Source: a virus
Strand: one strand, 5' to 3'
Length of the DNA stretch: 64,000 bases
IMG/VR virus record: IMGVR_UViG_3300023184_000107
Location: 3,651-67,650 of that record
Below are positions 26,909-35,327 of the stretch, one piece after another. The notes beneath the pieces are model-generated. The model did not search any database. It saw only the letters and a list, made by a program, of their open reading frames with translations, and had not been told where the DNA came from. Each line of letters starts with the position of its first letter. Within the stretch, counting starts at the first letter, position 1. The position numbers were made by a program, and so were the translations under genes.

Positions 26909-27217
26909 GTGAGTAGAACACTTAAAGATCGCCCAAGTCATATTAAACATGAGGCTTGGGACAAAGACAGAATTCAGGTTGAGGGTTGGTTTAGATATAT
27001 AAATCTACCAACAACCAGAACTAAAAAGCGCAGAAAAATAGATACTGAGGAGCACTGGATGAATACGCCCAGCTGGTGGACCAGAATCATGATGAATAAA
27101 CCTCAAAGACGTAGCGGATCAATTTGGGAACGTAAAGCAGTTAGAACAGATATTTTATATCTATTTGACTTAGATACACCCAGTGTAGGCCGTAAACCCC
27201 ACCAGTACTACTGGTAA
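26909..27217 (+). CDS. basic hypothetical phage protein
   Basis: AAGGAG SD, GTG start; TPSWW.R..M..P.RR motif. Confidence 0.7.
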   Translation: MSRTLKDRPSHIKHEAWDKDRIQVEGWFRYINLPTTRTKKRRKIDTEEHWMNTPSWWTRIMMNKPQRRSGSIWERKAVRTDILYLFDLDTPSVGRKPHQYYW

Positions 27218-27293
27218 GTTGCATAAATTTACACTTGTGTTTAGTGCCCTAAAATGTTATAATTTATACTTAGCAGCAACAATTGCTGTTAAT

Positions 27294-27369
27294 CTCTGAT
27301 TCGGTTAGTGGCTATACCACTTCCTTTGGGAGGAAGATTTCGTGTGTTCGAGTCACACATCAGAGACCA
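27294..27369 (+). tRNA. tRNA-Pro(UGG)
   Basis: Cloverleaf, TGG, CCA. Confidence 0.9.
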
Positions 27370-27387
27370 CTTCAGAAAGGCTAATCT

Positions 27388-27816
27388 ATGTTAGCAGATA
27401 ATTTAAAAGTGCTGTTAGCATCAAGTCACAGCCTGTACCTAAAAGCCGCAAATTTTCACTGGAATGTTGAGGGAGCCTATTTTCCACAGTATCATGAATT
27501 CTTTGGCAAGTTTTATGCAGATATTTATGCAACTCAAGACCCTATTGCCGAATATATCCGTGCACTAGATGTTTATGCACCTGGCAGTCTCTCAAGTTTT
27601 AGTGAGCTTACCATTATAGAATGTGTTGTGGGTCAGATGCCTGCCCAGGAACAATTTGCGCTGCTATTAGCCGACAGTACAAAGTTGCTAGAGTATCTTA
27701 ATGCTACATTTACTGTAGCTGTTGCTGAAAATCAGCAAGGTATTGCTAATTTTATTGCTGAGCGCATTGATGCAATGCAGAAACATAATTGGATGATTCG
27801 CAGTATTTTAAAATGA
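27388..27816 (+). CDS. dps: Dps / ferritin-like protein
   Basis: FHWNVEG..F..YHEFF, D.IAE.IR, KH.WMI. Confidence 0.9.
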   Translation: MLADNLKVLLASSHSLYLKAANFHWNVEGAYFPQYHEFFGKFYADIYATQDPIAEYIRALDVYAPGSLSSFSELTIIECVVGQMPAQEQFALLLADSTKLLEYLNATFTVAVAENQQGIANFIAERIDAMQKHNWMIRSILK

Positions 27817-27821
27817 TATTT

Positions 27822-27897
27822 GGGGGATTGGTATACTTGGCTAACACATCTGCTTTGCAAGCAGAAGCAAACGGTTCGAATCCGTTATTCTCCACCA
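27822..27897 (+). tRNA. tRNA-Ala(UGC)
   Basis: G3:U70, TGC, CCA. Confidence 0.9.
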
Positions 27898-27975
27898 AAT
27901 AATAAGGGTTCTTATGATGCATAAATTTAATTTGACTATTCTACAAACATAAGATACCCTTATTCCCTAACACAC

Positions 27976-27999
27976 TAGGGCTTCGGCCCTATTTTTTTT
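27976..27999 (+). terminator. intrinsic terminator
   Basis: TAGGGC-TTCG-GCCCTA + T8. Confidence 0.8.
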
Positions 28000-28173
28000 A
28001 TGATAGAATTTACACCAATTGGTGGTATTCCAGTTGATGGAGTACCAGTAGTAATCCCTTTTAGCAACTGGCTTGAAGCCGCTAATTGGCCACAGTACAC
28101 AGATCAGCCGCGAAAAATATAACTTGAAGTTATTGTTTAAACCAGTTATAATTATTTTTTAAAGACACAAATC

Positions 28174-28356
28174 ATGAAAATTTGGGAAGCAATTCAGATG
28201 CTAGAGCAAATGGATCAAACTAAGGAATGTACTGTAACATTTGGTGCAGACAAAATAGCAAAAGTACCACACGTACCACATCGTGAGTGGGTTATCAATC
28301 GCGCTGATTGGCTTAATCGTACTCATGGTATGGAAGAAGGACAACAGGTTCACTAA
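28174..28356 (+). CDS. hypothetical protein
   Basis: ORF after TTGAAG-17-TATAAT promoter. Confidence 0.55.
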   Translation: MKIWEAIQMLEQMDQTKECTVTFGADKIAKVPHVPHREWVINRADWLNRTHGMEEGQQVH

Positions 28357-28378
28357 TGAAAACACGAAAACCTAACAT

Positions 28379-28455
28379 GGATGTATAGCTCAGCGGCTAG
28401 CAGCAACCGGCTTTTAACCGGTAGGTCCTGGGTTCAAATCCCAGTGCATCCACCA
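28379..28455 (+). tRNA. tRNA-Lys(UUU)
   Basis: Cloverleaf, TTT, CCA. Confidence 0.9.
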
Positions 28456-28571
28456 TAGATAAACACATTTAACGGTAAAACAGGATACCTAGCAACTGCA
28501 TGCAGGGGCTATCCCAAAGAAGTAGGTTACTACCACCGTAAAGCTAGGAAAATAGTGTGTTTTTCTATGGT
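28453..28571 (+). ncRNA. candidate pseudoknotted ncRNA within a long closing stem
   Basis: CCATAGATAAACACATT...AGTGTGTTTTTCTATGG; ACGGT/ACCGT, GGATA/TATCC, CCTAGC/GCTAGG. Confidence 0.5.
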
Positions 28572-28576
28572 TATAC

Positions 28577-28652
28577 TGCCGAGTCGTCAAGCGGTTAAGA
28601 CCCTGGATTTTGATTCCAGTATGCGTAGGTTCGAATCCTACTTCGGCTGCCA
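28577..28652 (+). tRNA. tRNA-Gln(UUG)
   Basis: Cloverleaf, TTG, G73, CCA. Confidence 0.9.
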
Positions 28653-28660
28653 GGATATAT

Positions 28661-28736
28661 TCCTCAGTAGCACAGCGGTAGTTGCACTTGACTGTTAATC
28701 AAGTTGTCCGTGGTTCGATCCCACGCTGAGGAGCCA
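28661..28736 (+). tRNA. tRNA-Asn(GUU)
   Basis: Cloverleaf, GTT, CCA. Confidence 0.9.
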
Positions 28737-28739
28737 GAT

Positions 28740-29097
28740 CTAGTAATTTTAGACACGATCGTACCATTGTTCGAATCAATGGCAGTTATACGATCACACA
28801 GGTAAGCTAGCCTGCATAAACAACCCCATCGTTAATGAGTGGTTTATGAAATTAGTATAGATAGCTTCTAGTGCACTAGACGCAATCTATCACAGTTATG
28901 AACATTAACTACATTTGTAACTGTGAAAAATAGTAGGTAAATAGGTGGCTGCTTAGTGGCCGTGATTCCTGAAGGCGTTAACAGCGCTACTACTAAAATG
29001 CCTACCAATATTAGTCGGATAGCCAGTTCCGAAAGCAAGGCAGCTTTAAACCCTAGGGTTTAGATAAACATATAGTAACAGTATGCTTATCTAAACC
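28740..29097 (+). ncRNA. candidate large structured ncRNA (~350 nt)
   Basis: No ORF; many hairpins including T-arm-like CCATTG-TTCGAAT-CAATGG. Confidence 0.5.
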
Positions 29098-29108
29098 TTT
29101 TATTTTTT

Positions 29109-29195
29109 GGAAGATGTGCCGCAAGGTGCGGCAAGGGCTTGCTAAGCCCTCGTTTAGAAATAGGCTGATTGGTTCGATTCCAATATCTTCCGCCA
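29109..29195 (+). tRNA. tRNA-Ser(GCU), possible 8/4 fold
   Basis: GCT, long variable arm, G73, CCA. Confidence 0.85.
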
Positions 29196-29200
29196 GTTAT

Positions 29201-29275
29201 TGCCTTGTAGCTCAGAGGAAGAGCAATCGCTTGATAAGCGATAGGCCGACATTTCAAAATTGTCCGAGGCAACCA
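29201..29275 (+). tRNA. tRNA-Ile(GAU)
   Basis: GAT, CCA; atypical T arm. Confidence 0.85.
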
Positions 29276-29281
29276 GTTAGC

Positions 29282-29357
29282 GTATCCTTAGCTCAATTGG
29301 CAGAGCGCTGGTCTCCAAAACCAGAGGTTCGCGGTTCGAGTCCGTGAGGGTATGCCA
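29282..29357 (+). tRNA. tRNA-Trp(CCA)
   Basis: Cloverleaf, CCA anticodon. Confidence 0.9.
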
Positions 29358-29379
29358 GAATTCTTTACCAAGGAAAAAA

Positions 29380-29604
29380 ATGAATAGATACGTAGTAGCA
29401 TACAGCTATCCTAATGATAGTGAAATCTTTCAACAAGAGATACACTCAACATCTAAGAGAGACGCAGCCTTAAAGTATCTTAGCGAATTTCAAGATATAG
29501 TTTTTGAGGAAAACCAACTATTAGACATGGAAGATTTTGATCTGTTAGCTGAACATTGCTGGGATTACTTAGAGGTCAGTATTTCAGTTTTACAGATAGA
29601 TTAA
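29380..29604 (+). CDS. acidic hypothetical protein
   Basis: AAGGA SD before MNRYVV. Confidence 0.6.
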   Translation: MNRYVVAYSYPNDSEIFQQEIHSTSKRDAALKYLSEFQDIVFEENQLLDMEDFDLLAEHCWDYLEVSISVLQID

Positions 29605-29678
29605 CGCGGGTAGGGAGCTCACCACACCGGTCTCATAAGCCAGGTGCATCGGCAGTTCGAATCTGTCACCCGCAACCA
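29605..29678 (+). tRNA. initiator-type tRNA-Met(CAU), atypical
   Basis: C1:A72 mismatch, CAT, CCA; bulged anticodon stem, weak D arm. Confidence 0.7.
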
Positions 29679-29737
29679 CTAATCGGTATGGGCCCTAACA
29701 GGCATCAACACATACTCCGCATAATCGTAAGCGGTTT

Positions 29738-29829
29738 GGAAAGTAATGCAGCGGGGTTGGTCCTGCGACTGGCCTTGAAAACCAGGTTCTCTTAACCGGG
29801 ATGGGGTTCGACTCCTCTGCTTTCCGCCA
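29738..29829 (+). tRNA. tRNA-Ser(UGA) with 8/4 fold
   Basis: Acceptor GGAAAGTA/TGCTTTCC, T stem GGGG/CCTC, TGA, long V arm, GCCA. Confidence 0.85.
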
Positions 29830-29909
29830 TAGGTAAACATATTGTCTACTGGTAAATGAGATAATAATGCTCATAATAAAAGTTCCAAACAGTATGTTTT
29901 CTTATGGTT

Positions 29910-30256
29910 GTATGAAATAAACAGAAAAGTGTCTTGGACGGGGGTGCGAATCCCCCCAGGTCCACCATAAGCATATTAGATACATCGGTGTTATTTAACG
30001 GCATCGGTCACTGAGAACTAGTATGTTTCTGATGGGCCTGCATAGTTTCGACAGGGCAACAAGTAAACAAGTGGACAGCCCGGCAAAGTAGAAGCCGTTA
30101 GGATTAGGGTGACTTTAGTCGCTATACCCATAGTATAGAAAGACGCAGCCTAGTTGTAGACACAAAAAAAGTAAACGCAAACGACACACAGTTCGCATTA
30201 GCTGCCTAAACTCAGCTTAGGGTTTGCCAGGTTCCTCGTAACAGAATACCTGGCCC
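29910..30256 (+). ncRNA. ssrA: circularly permuted (two-piece) tmRNA, tag ANDTQFALAA
   Basis: T arm + CAGGTCC-ACCA (ends 29967) precede GGGCCTG...TTTCGAC (starts 30034); G3:U70; tag ORF 30177-30209; outer boundaries approximate. Confidence 0.9.
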
Positions 30257-30264
30257 GATTTTAT

Positions 30265-30338
30265 CTGGGATTGTCAGAGTGTCTATGTAGTAGGCTGCAA
30301 CCCTTCTTAGGTTGGTTAAAATCCAACATCCCAGTCCA
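30265..30338 (+). tRNA. tRNA-Cys(GCA)
   Basis: GCA, U73, CCA. Confidence 0.8.
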
Positions 30339-30357
30339 TACTTTACAGGAGATTTCT

Positions 30358-30519
30358 ATGTTTACACCAAAACCACAACCACTGCCAGCTACCGCGCCAA
30401 ACCCGGATACAGAAACACCTACTGGAAGACAGCTAGATAACAGCCCTATTCCAGGTATTCCCGCCGCTTACGATAACATTAATCTAAACAATGGTGCAGG
30501 CAATCCCAATCATGGTTAA
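30358..30519 (+). CDS. 53-aa Pro-rich hypothetical protein
   Basis: AGGAG SD. Confidence 0.55.
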   Translation: MFTPKPQPLPATAPNPDTETPTGRQLDNSPIPGIPAAYDNINLNNGAGNPNHG

Positions 30520-30643
30520 GCCAGTAGTGGCTCCAGTATACGTAGGTAAACCTACTCCACTTGTACCACCGCCAATTCCTGACACCTCTAGGTATCCTCC
30601 AAAAACACCGGTAGTGGTTGACACTACCAGTAACGTATAAAAT

Positions 30644-31216
30644 ATGGAAAAAGAAGATATTGAGTTTACAAGTACTAATGGCAGGGTTACTCCTAAAATT
30701 ACTGCCAGATCTTTTGAATTCTATATCTCTGGATATATCAAGAGTCCTGAAGAATATACTGATTGGTTTGACACAATCCGTCACTGCACAGAAGATGACA
30801 CAGTTAAAATCTATATCAATAGTTTTGGTGGGGATATGTTTACTGGTATTCAGTTTATGCGTGTCTTGGCAGAAACTAAGGCATTAGTAATATGTTCGGT
30901 AGAAGGCGCTTGTATGAGTGCTGCTACCATGATCTTTCTGTGTGCAGATCGCTTTGAGGTAACACCACATAGTATGTTTATGTTCCACAACTATAGTGGC
31001 GGAACATATGGCAAAGGTGGAGAAATGTTTGGACAAATTCAGCATGAGCGAAAGTGGTCTGAACAGCTACTAAATGAAATTTACGAAGACTTTTTAACTA
31101 AATCAGAGATTAAGAGTCTGCTAGACAACAAAGATATGTGGATGGATGTTGATGAAGTTATCCTAAGAATGGAAGAACGCGACAAACTATCTAAAGAAAA
31201 ACAACCAGTAGAGTAG
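30644..31216 (+). CDS. clpP: ClpP-like protease
   Basis: YINSFGG, GACMSAAT (Ser), MFMFHN (His), DMWM. Confidence 0.85.
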   Translation: MEKEDIEFTSTNGRVTPKITARSFEFYISGYIKSPEEYTDWFDTIRHCTEDDTVKIYINSFGGDMFTGIQFMRVLAETKALVICSVEGACMSAATMIFLCADRFEVTPHSMFMFHNYSGGTYGKGGEMFGQIQHERKWSEQLLNEIYEDFLTKSEIKSLLDNKDMWMDVDEVILRMEERDKLSKEKQPVE

Positions 31217-31280
31217 CCTAACGGTCAGGCAGCAGCTTCATACGCTGTTATAAGTGTGTTCGACTCACACCTTTACTACC
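31207..31280 (+). tRNA. tRNA(CAU), Met or Ile2
   Basis: Cloverleaf, CAT; overlaps clpP stop; 3' end reads ACC-C. Confidence 0.75.
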
Positions 31281-31282
31281 CT

Positions 31283-31357
31283 CTCTCCTTAGTACAATGG
31301 ATAGTACACGTGGCTACGAACCACGAAATGTGTGTTCGATTCATGCAGGAGAGGCCA
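31283..31357 (+). tRNA. tRNA-Arg(ACG)
   Basis: Cloverleaf, ACG, CCA. Confidence 0.9.
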
Positions 31358-31380
31358 TATATAAGTAGTAGTATTTATAT

Positions 31381-31677
31381 ATGGCTAAATCATTTTTAAA
31401 ACTAAAAGACCCTAAGCTGGGCATGCTTGATAAGATCACATTTGGTAAACTGCAGGATTGCAGAGTATGTGATGTTATTGAAGATCACTACAATTATCTT
31501 ATCTGGGCAGAGCAGCAGGGATATGTAAAGTTTCAGCAGACGGTAATTGACGCAATTCAGGAGCATGCCGGATTTGAACACAGTCAGCCAGCGCTAGAGA
31601 TAGACGAAGTTGACGTACACCTGAAAAAACAAATTTTTGGCAGCTATGTGTTACATGAAGATGACGTTCCTTTTTAA
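31381..31677 (+). CDS. hypothetical protein
   Basis: ITFGK...YLIW motif; acidic DDVPF tail resembling an SSB C-terminus. Confidence 0.65.
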   Translation: MAKSFLKLKDPKLGMLDKITFGKLQDCRVCDVIEDHYNYLIWAEQQGYVKFQQTVIDAIQEHAGFEHSQPALEIDEVDVHLKKQIFGSYVLHEDDVPF

Positions 31678-31691
31678 CTAAACCTAGCTAC

Positions 31692-32297
31692 ATGACTATC
31701 TCAGACGCACAAGCAGTAGAAATGTATCCACAAGATGCACGCTGGTACAATAAGCTATACCTGTCTTGCTTGCTTGGCTATAGGTGTGGCATATCTATGA
31801 TACCAGAGACTGGTAGCTGGATAGTGCGTCCCATCATTAACCTAGACGGCATGGGCCGAAACGCTGTAATAAAACATTTTGATGAGGGCACAGTTATTGA
31901 GCCGGACTTATTCTACTGTGAGGTATTTACTGGCAGGCACATCACCATGGACTTTGTCAGAGTGGACGGCTGCTGGACACAACAGCATGTATTTGAGGGA
32001 TTTAATACTGCTAGTAACCTAGTACAGTTTACTAAGTGGGTACAGGTTGACTATGCGTACGCAATCCCAGATTTTTTACAAACAGTAACATCCAACCACA
32101 TCAATATTGAAATTAAGGGTGATTGCATAATAGAGGTACACCTAAGACCTAACTCGGATCCTATCATGTACACTAACTTCTGGCCAGTCTGGTCTGAGAC
32201 TCAGCAGCCACCAATGCCTAACTATAAAATGGTTGCTGACAGGGATAATCACAACAACATGGGTAGACTGGGATTCTTTGTGCCAGATAACGAGTGA
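31692..32297 (+). CDS. ATP-grasp-like hypothetical protein
   Basis: IVRP..NL.GMG, CE.F.G.H...D, INIE...IIEVHLR. Confidence 0.6.
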   Translation: MTISDAQAVEMYPQDARWYNKLYLSCLLGYRCGISMIPETGSWIVRPIINLDGMGRNAVIKHFDEGTVIEPDLFYCEVFTGRHITMDFVRVDGCWTQQHVFEGFNTASNLVQFTKWVQVDYAYAIPDFLQTVTSNHINIEIKGDCIIEVHLRPNSDPIMYTNFWPVWSETQQPPMPNYKMVADRDNHNNMGRLGFFVPDNE

Positions 32298-32367
32298 GCG
32301 TAGCTTAATGGTAGAGCCGTGGGTTGTGATCCCGCTGACCTTGGTTCGATTCCAAGCGTGCACCCCA
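32294..32367 (+). tRNA. tRNA-His(GUG)
   Basis: GTG, C73, CCA; -1 base is A. Confidence 0.8.
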
Positions 32368-32371
32368 ATTT

Positions 32372-32442
32372 GCGTGTGTAGTTCAATGGTAGAATTGGAC
32401 GTTGCCAACGTCCTGACCCGAGTTCGATCCTCGGCACCCGCA
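32372..32442 (+). tRNA. tRNA-Gly(GCC)
   Basis: Cloverleaf, GCC; no encoded CCA. Confidence 0.8.
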
Positions 32443-32497
32443 CAATATCAATAAATATCTACTTGAAACAGCTGTTTAAAATTGTTATAATTACAGC

Positions 32498-32722
32498 ATG
32501 AAACACAAATTCAACGTCAAACCACTTAGTCCAGAAATGGGCACTCCACGACCGACTACCCGACCACCAAGTCTGGTAACCGCTGGTGGCAGTACTGCCT
32601 TAAAATCCATTCCTAAATATACTGGTACTGAAATGATTGGTATCTCAATTATTCACAAAAGCTGTTTACAGCCAATTTTTAGCAAACAAGCAGCCACAGA
32701 TGCTGCTAATATGCGTCGTTAA
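32498..32722 (+). CDS. hypothetical protein, leaderless
   Basis: YTG..MIGI...HKS.LQPIFS...A.D.A.MRR phage motif. Confidence 0.7.
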   Translation: MKHKFNVKPLSPEMGTPRPTTRPPSLVTAGGSTALKSIPKYTGTEMIGISIIHKSCLQPIFSKQAATDAANMRR

Positions 32723-32725
32723 TTT

Positions 32726-32799
32726 GCAGGATTGGTATAGGGGATGTGCCCTAGTTTTCCAAACTATAGAGAAGGGTTCGATTCCCTTATCCTGCTCCA
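32726..32799 (+). tRNA. tRNA-Gly(UCC)
   Basis: TCC, U73, CCA. Confidence 0.85.
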
Positions 32800-32806
32800 G
32801 TAAAAT

Positions 32807-32881
32807 GCATCCTTAGCTCAGTGGTAGAGCGGCTCCTTTACACGGAGCGGGTCGGCAGTTCAAGTCTGTCAGGATGTACCA
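32807..32881 (+). tRNA. tRNA-Val(UAC)
   Basis: Cloverleaf, TAC, CCA. Confidence 0.9.
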
Positions 32882-32886
32882 AATAC

Positions 32887-32962
32887 ACACCTTTAGCTGA
32901 TGTGGTCATAGCGGCGGTTTGAAGAACCGTTGAAGTTGGTTCGATTCCAACAGGGTGTACCA
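32887..32962 (+). tRNA. tRNA-Phe(GAA)
   Basis: Cloverleaf, GAA, CCA. Confidence 0.9.
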
Positions 32963-32966
32963 ATTT

Positions 32967-33070
32967 GCGGCACGAAGTGAGAGGGGCGAAGGTAGTCCTA
33001 AACCGTTTAGAGTGAAGGCGTCCACTTTGCGGTATCTTTGTCTTGGTTCGACTCCAAGGTGCTCGCTCCA
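32967..33070 (+). ncRNA. tRNA-like RNA lacking a normal anticodon arm
   Basis: Bulged acceptor GCGGCAC/GTGCTCGC, canonical T arm, TCCA end, long irregular central stem. Confidence 0.6.
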
Positions 33071-33076
33071 AATTTA

Positions 33077-33154
33077 GGAATATTAGCTTAGCCGGCCTAA
33101 AGCGCTACCCTGTCACGGTAGAGATCAGGGGTTCAAATCTCCTATATTCCGCCA
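33077..33154 (+). tRNA. tRNA-Asp(GUC)
   Basis: Cloverleaf, GTC, GCCA. Confidence 0.9.
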
Positions 33155-33161
33155 AACATTA

Positions 33162-33186
33162 CAGCCGCCTTGAGCGGCTATTTTTA
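33162..33186 (+). terminator. intrinsic terminator
   Basis: AGCCGC-CTTGA-GCGGCT + T run. Confidence 0.75.
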
Positions 33187-33276
33187 TTACAGTGTACTTT
33201 CTGCACTAAAACAAATTTACACTTGAATCTTGTACTAAATCTTGGTATAATTATATCTCACAAACAAACTATTATT

Positions 33277-33663
33277 ATGGAACAATACGCCTTTCCTTTT
33301 CCCACATCAATGCCTGGCGCTAAAAATACTGGCATTATTCAAACATATCGCGGTCAACTGCTGGATAAAGCAAAGCTGTTGAACGTACATACTGTCCACA
33401 TTTTTAATAAACTGTATCCAAAAGGAGGACTTACTGTAGCTTTCCGTAAAGTTAGTGAGTATAAATCAGGTAAAATGGTTGAGTGTGCCGTAGCCACTTG
33501 CTCTGATCAGGATATATTTAGTAAGAAAACTGGCACTACTATTGCTCTTGAGAAGTTTTTTGATGGGAATACTATTGAATTACCTCTACTTGCCTATTAT
33601 GATTTGTGTGATATGAATCATGTTGTTAAACGTGCATTTACTGCACTCTATAAGTCACATTAA
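33277..33663 (+). CDS. hypothetical protein (related to 13430-13732)
   Basis: GGLTVAF, A.CS..D.F.KK.G..IAL motif; start reassigned to MEQYAF. Confidence 0.65.
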   Translation: MEQYAFPFPTSMPGAKNTGIIQTYRGQLLDKAKLLNVHTVHIFNKLYPKGGLTVAFRKVSEYKSGKMVECAVATCSDQDIFSKKTGTTIALEKFFDGNTIELPLLAYYDLCDMNHVVKRAFTALYKSH

Positions 33664-33668
33664 TATAC

Positions 33669-33751
33669 GCGGGCATGGTGGAACGGTAGACACAGGAGAC
33701 TTAAAATCTCCCGCCTTGCGCGTCCCGGTTCGAATCCGGGTGCCCGTACCA
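33669..33751 (+). tRNA. tRNA-Leu(UAA)
   Basis: Long V arm, TAA, CCA. Confidence 0.9.
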
Positions 33752-33758
33752 TAAACTA

Positions 33759-33834
33759 GCGAGTCTAGCATAACGGTTAATGCCGCAAACTCATAATTTG
33801 TAAAATAGGGGTTCGATTCCCTTGGCTCGCACCA
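33759..33834 (+). tRNA. tRNA-Met(CAU)
   Basis: Cloverleaf, CAT, CCA. Confidence 0.85.
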
Positions 33835-33853
33835 CATTTTAAAAAAGGAAAAC

Positions 33854-34144
33854 ATGAAAATTACATTTGGCAAAGTTCCACAGGAACAACAAAATCAAGA
33901 CGAATCTTTTGTAGCAGAAAACCGCACTGGCAATACAGCTGAGTACTACTATGTGCTGGATGTTAATCAAGAAAAAGACGGTAGTGGTACGTTTACAATT
34001 AGGGATACCTGCAACAGGTATATGCCTTTTGACTTTGAACAGCTGGATGAATTGTATGAGGTTATTGATACCCTAAAAACTTTCAGAGATGACACCCTGA
34101 AATTTGAAAACCACTGGAAAACAGTTTGGGGCTTTAGCCACTAA
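33854..34144 (+). CDS. hypothetical protein
   Basis: AAGGA SD. Confidence 0.65.
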   Translation: MKITFGKVPQEQQNQDESFVAENRTGNTAEYYYVLDVNQEKDGSGTFTIRDTCNRYMPFDFEQLDELYEVIDTLKTFRDDTLKFENHWKTVWGFSH

Positions 34145-34160
34145 TCCACCTGTCAATAAA

Positions 34161-35327
34161 ATGAGATTTCATATACTAGGCATACCCCATACAATATCAA
34201 ACAAAGATTATGTGGCCTGTGCATTTACACAAAAAGTAGTTAAATTTTGTGCTATGATGCAGGGTCGAGGGCACACTCTTATACACTACGGCCATGATCG
34301 TAGTGATGTTTACTGTGATGAAAATGTTGCAGTAACTAGCGATTTAACACTTAATGCAGCTTATGGAGATCATGACTGGCATGCTAATGCATTTAAGTAT
34401 GATCTAAACGATATTGCATATAAAACTTTCTACGAAAATGCTATACGTGAAATAAGATTACGTAAACGTGCCAATGACTTCTTACTGTGTTTTTGGGGTT
34501 GGGGACATAAAGCCATTGCTGATGCACATCCAGATATGATAATTGTAGAACCAGGTATTGGTTATGCAAGTGAAATATTTGCTACTTACAGGGTATTTGA
34601 AAGTCAAAGTATAATGGCTGCACATTTTGGCTTACCAGCAGTACAAACTCCAGGTAAGTTTAGTTGGTATGATGCAGTAATTCCCAATTACTTTGATGTT
34701 AATGACTTTGATTACAATGAACAAAAAGATGACTACTTTTTATACCTAGGCAGAATTGGTGGGCATAAAGGTACAGATATTGCTATACAAGCTACAGCAG
34801 CTATTGGTGCTAAATTAAAAATAGCTGGTCAAGGTAATATATTAAATATGGGATATAGTACTATACCTGACCACGTAGAAGTAATTGGATATGCTGATCT
34901 TGAAACAAGACGACAGCTAATGAGTCGAGCACGTGGTCAGTTTGTGTTAACTCAGTATGGAGAACCATTTGGTGGTGTTCAAATTGAGAGTATGCTAAGT
35001 GGTACTCCAGTTATTAGTAGTGATTGGGCCTGTTTTGGTGAATTAAATTTACATAACATAACTGGTTACCGTTGCAGAACATTTGAGCACATTACTTGGG
35101 CAGCCAATAATATTAATCGTATTAATCCTAAAAATTGCAGGGATTGGGGTGCTAATTTTCTATTTGATAAAGTAGCACCCATGTACGAAGAATATTTTTA
35201 TAGTATACTAAACATTTATGGTAAAAAAGGTTGGTATGAAATTAATCCATCTCGTACTGAACTTGATTGGTTAACTCGCAAATATCCAGCACACCCTAAC
35301 AAAAATGACGAAACTAAAGCTGCTTGA
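34161..35327 (+). CDS. GT4-family glycosyltransferase
   Basis: LYLGRI..HKG, EPFGGVQIESMLSGTPVI; start reassigned to MRFHIL. Confidence 0.9.
   Translation: MRFHILGIPHTISNKDYVACAFTQKVVKFCAMMQGRGHTLIHYGHDRSDVYCDENVAVTSDLTLNAAYGDHDWHANAFKYDLNDIAYKTFYENAIREIRLRKRANDFLLCFWGWGHKAIADAHPDMIIVEPGIGYASEIFATYRVFESQSIMAAHFGLPAVQTPGKFSWYDAVIPNYFDVNDFDYNEQKDDYFLYLGRIGGHKGTDIAIQATAAIGAKLKIAGQGNILNMGYSTIPDHVEVIGYADLETRRQLMSRARGQFVLTQYGEPFGGVQIESMLSGTPVISSDWACFGELNLHNITGYRCRTFEHITWAANNINRINPKNCRDWGANFLFDKVAPMYEEYFYSILNIYGKKGWYEINPSRTELDWLTRKYPAHPNKNDETKAA

Noticed and set aside
29738-29829. Selenocysteine tRNA
   Set aside because: Anticodon is UGA (Ser), not UCA, and the fold is 8/4 rather than 8/5.
26536-33751. 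Suppressor tRNAs or stop-codon recoding
   Set aside because: TAG, TAA and TGA here are anticodons of ordinary Leu and Ser tRNAs; core genes are intact in the standard code.
29087-33873. ORFs overlapping tRNA genes (29087, 29114, 29556, 32142, 32233, 32249, 32838, 33655)
   Set aside because: Explained by tRNA cloverleaves.
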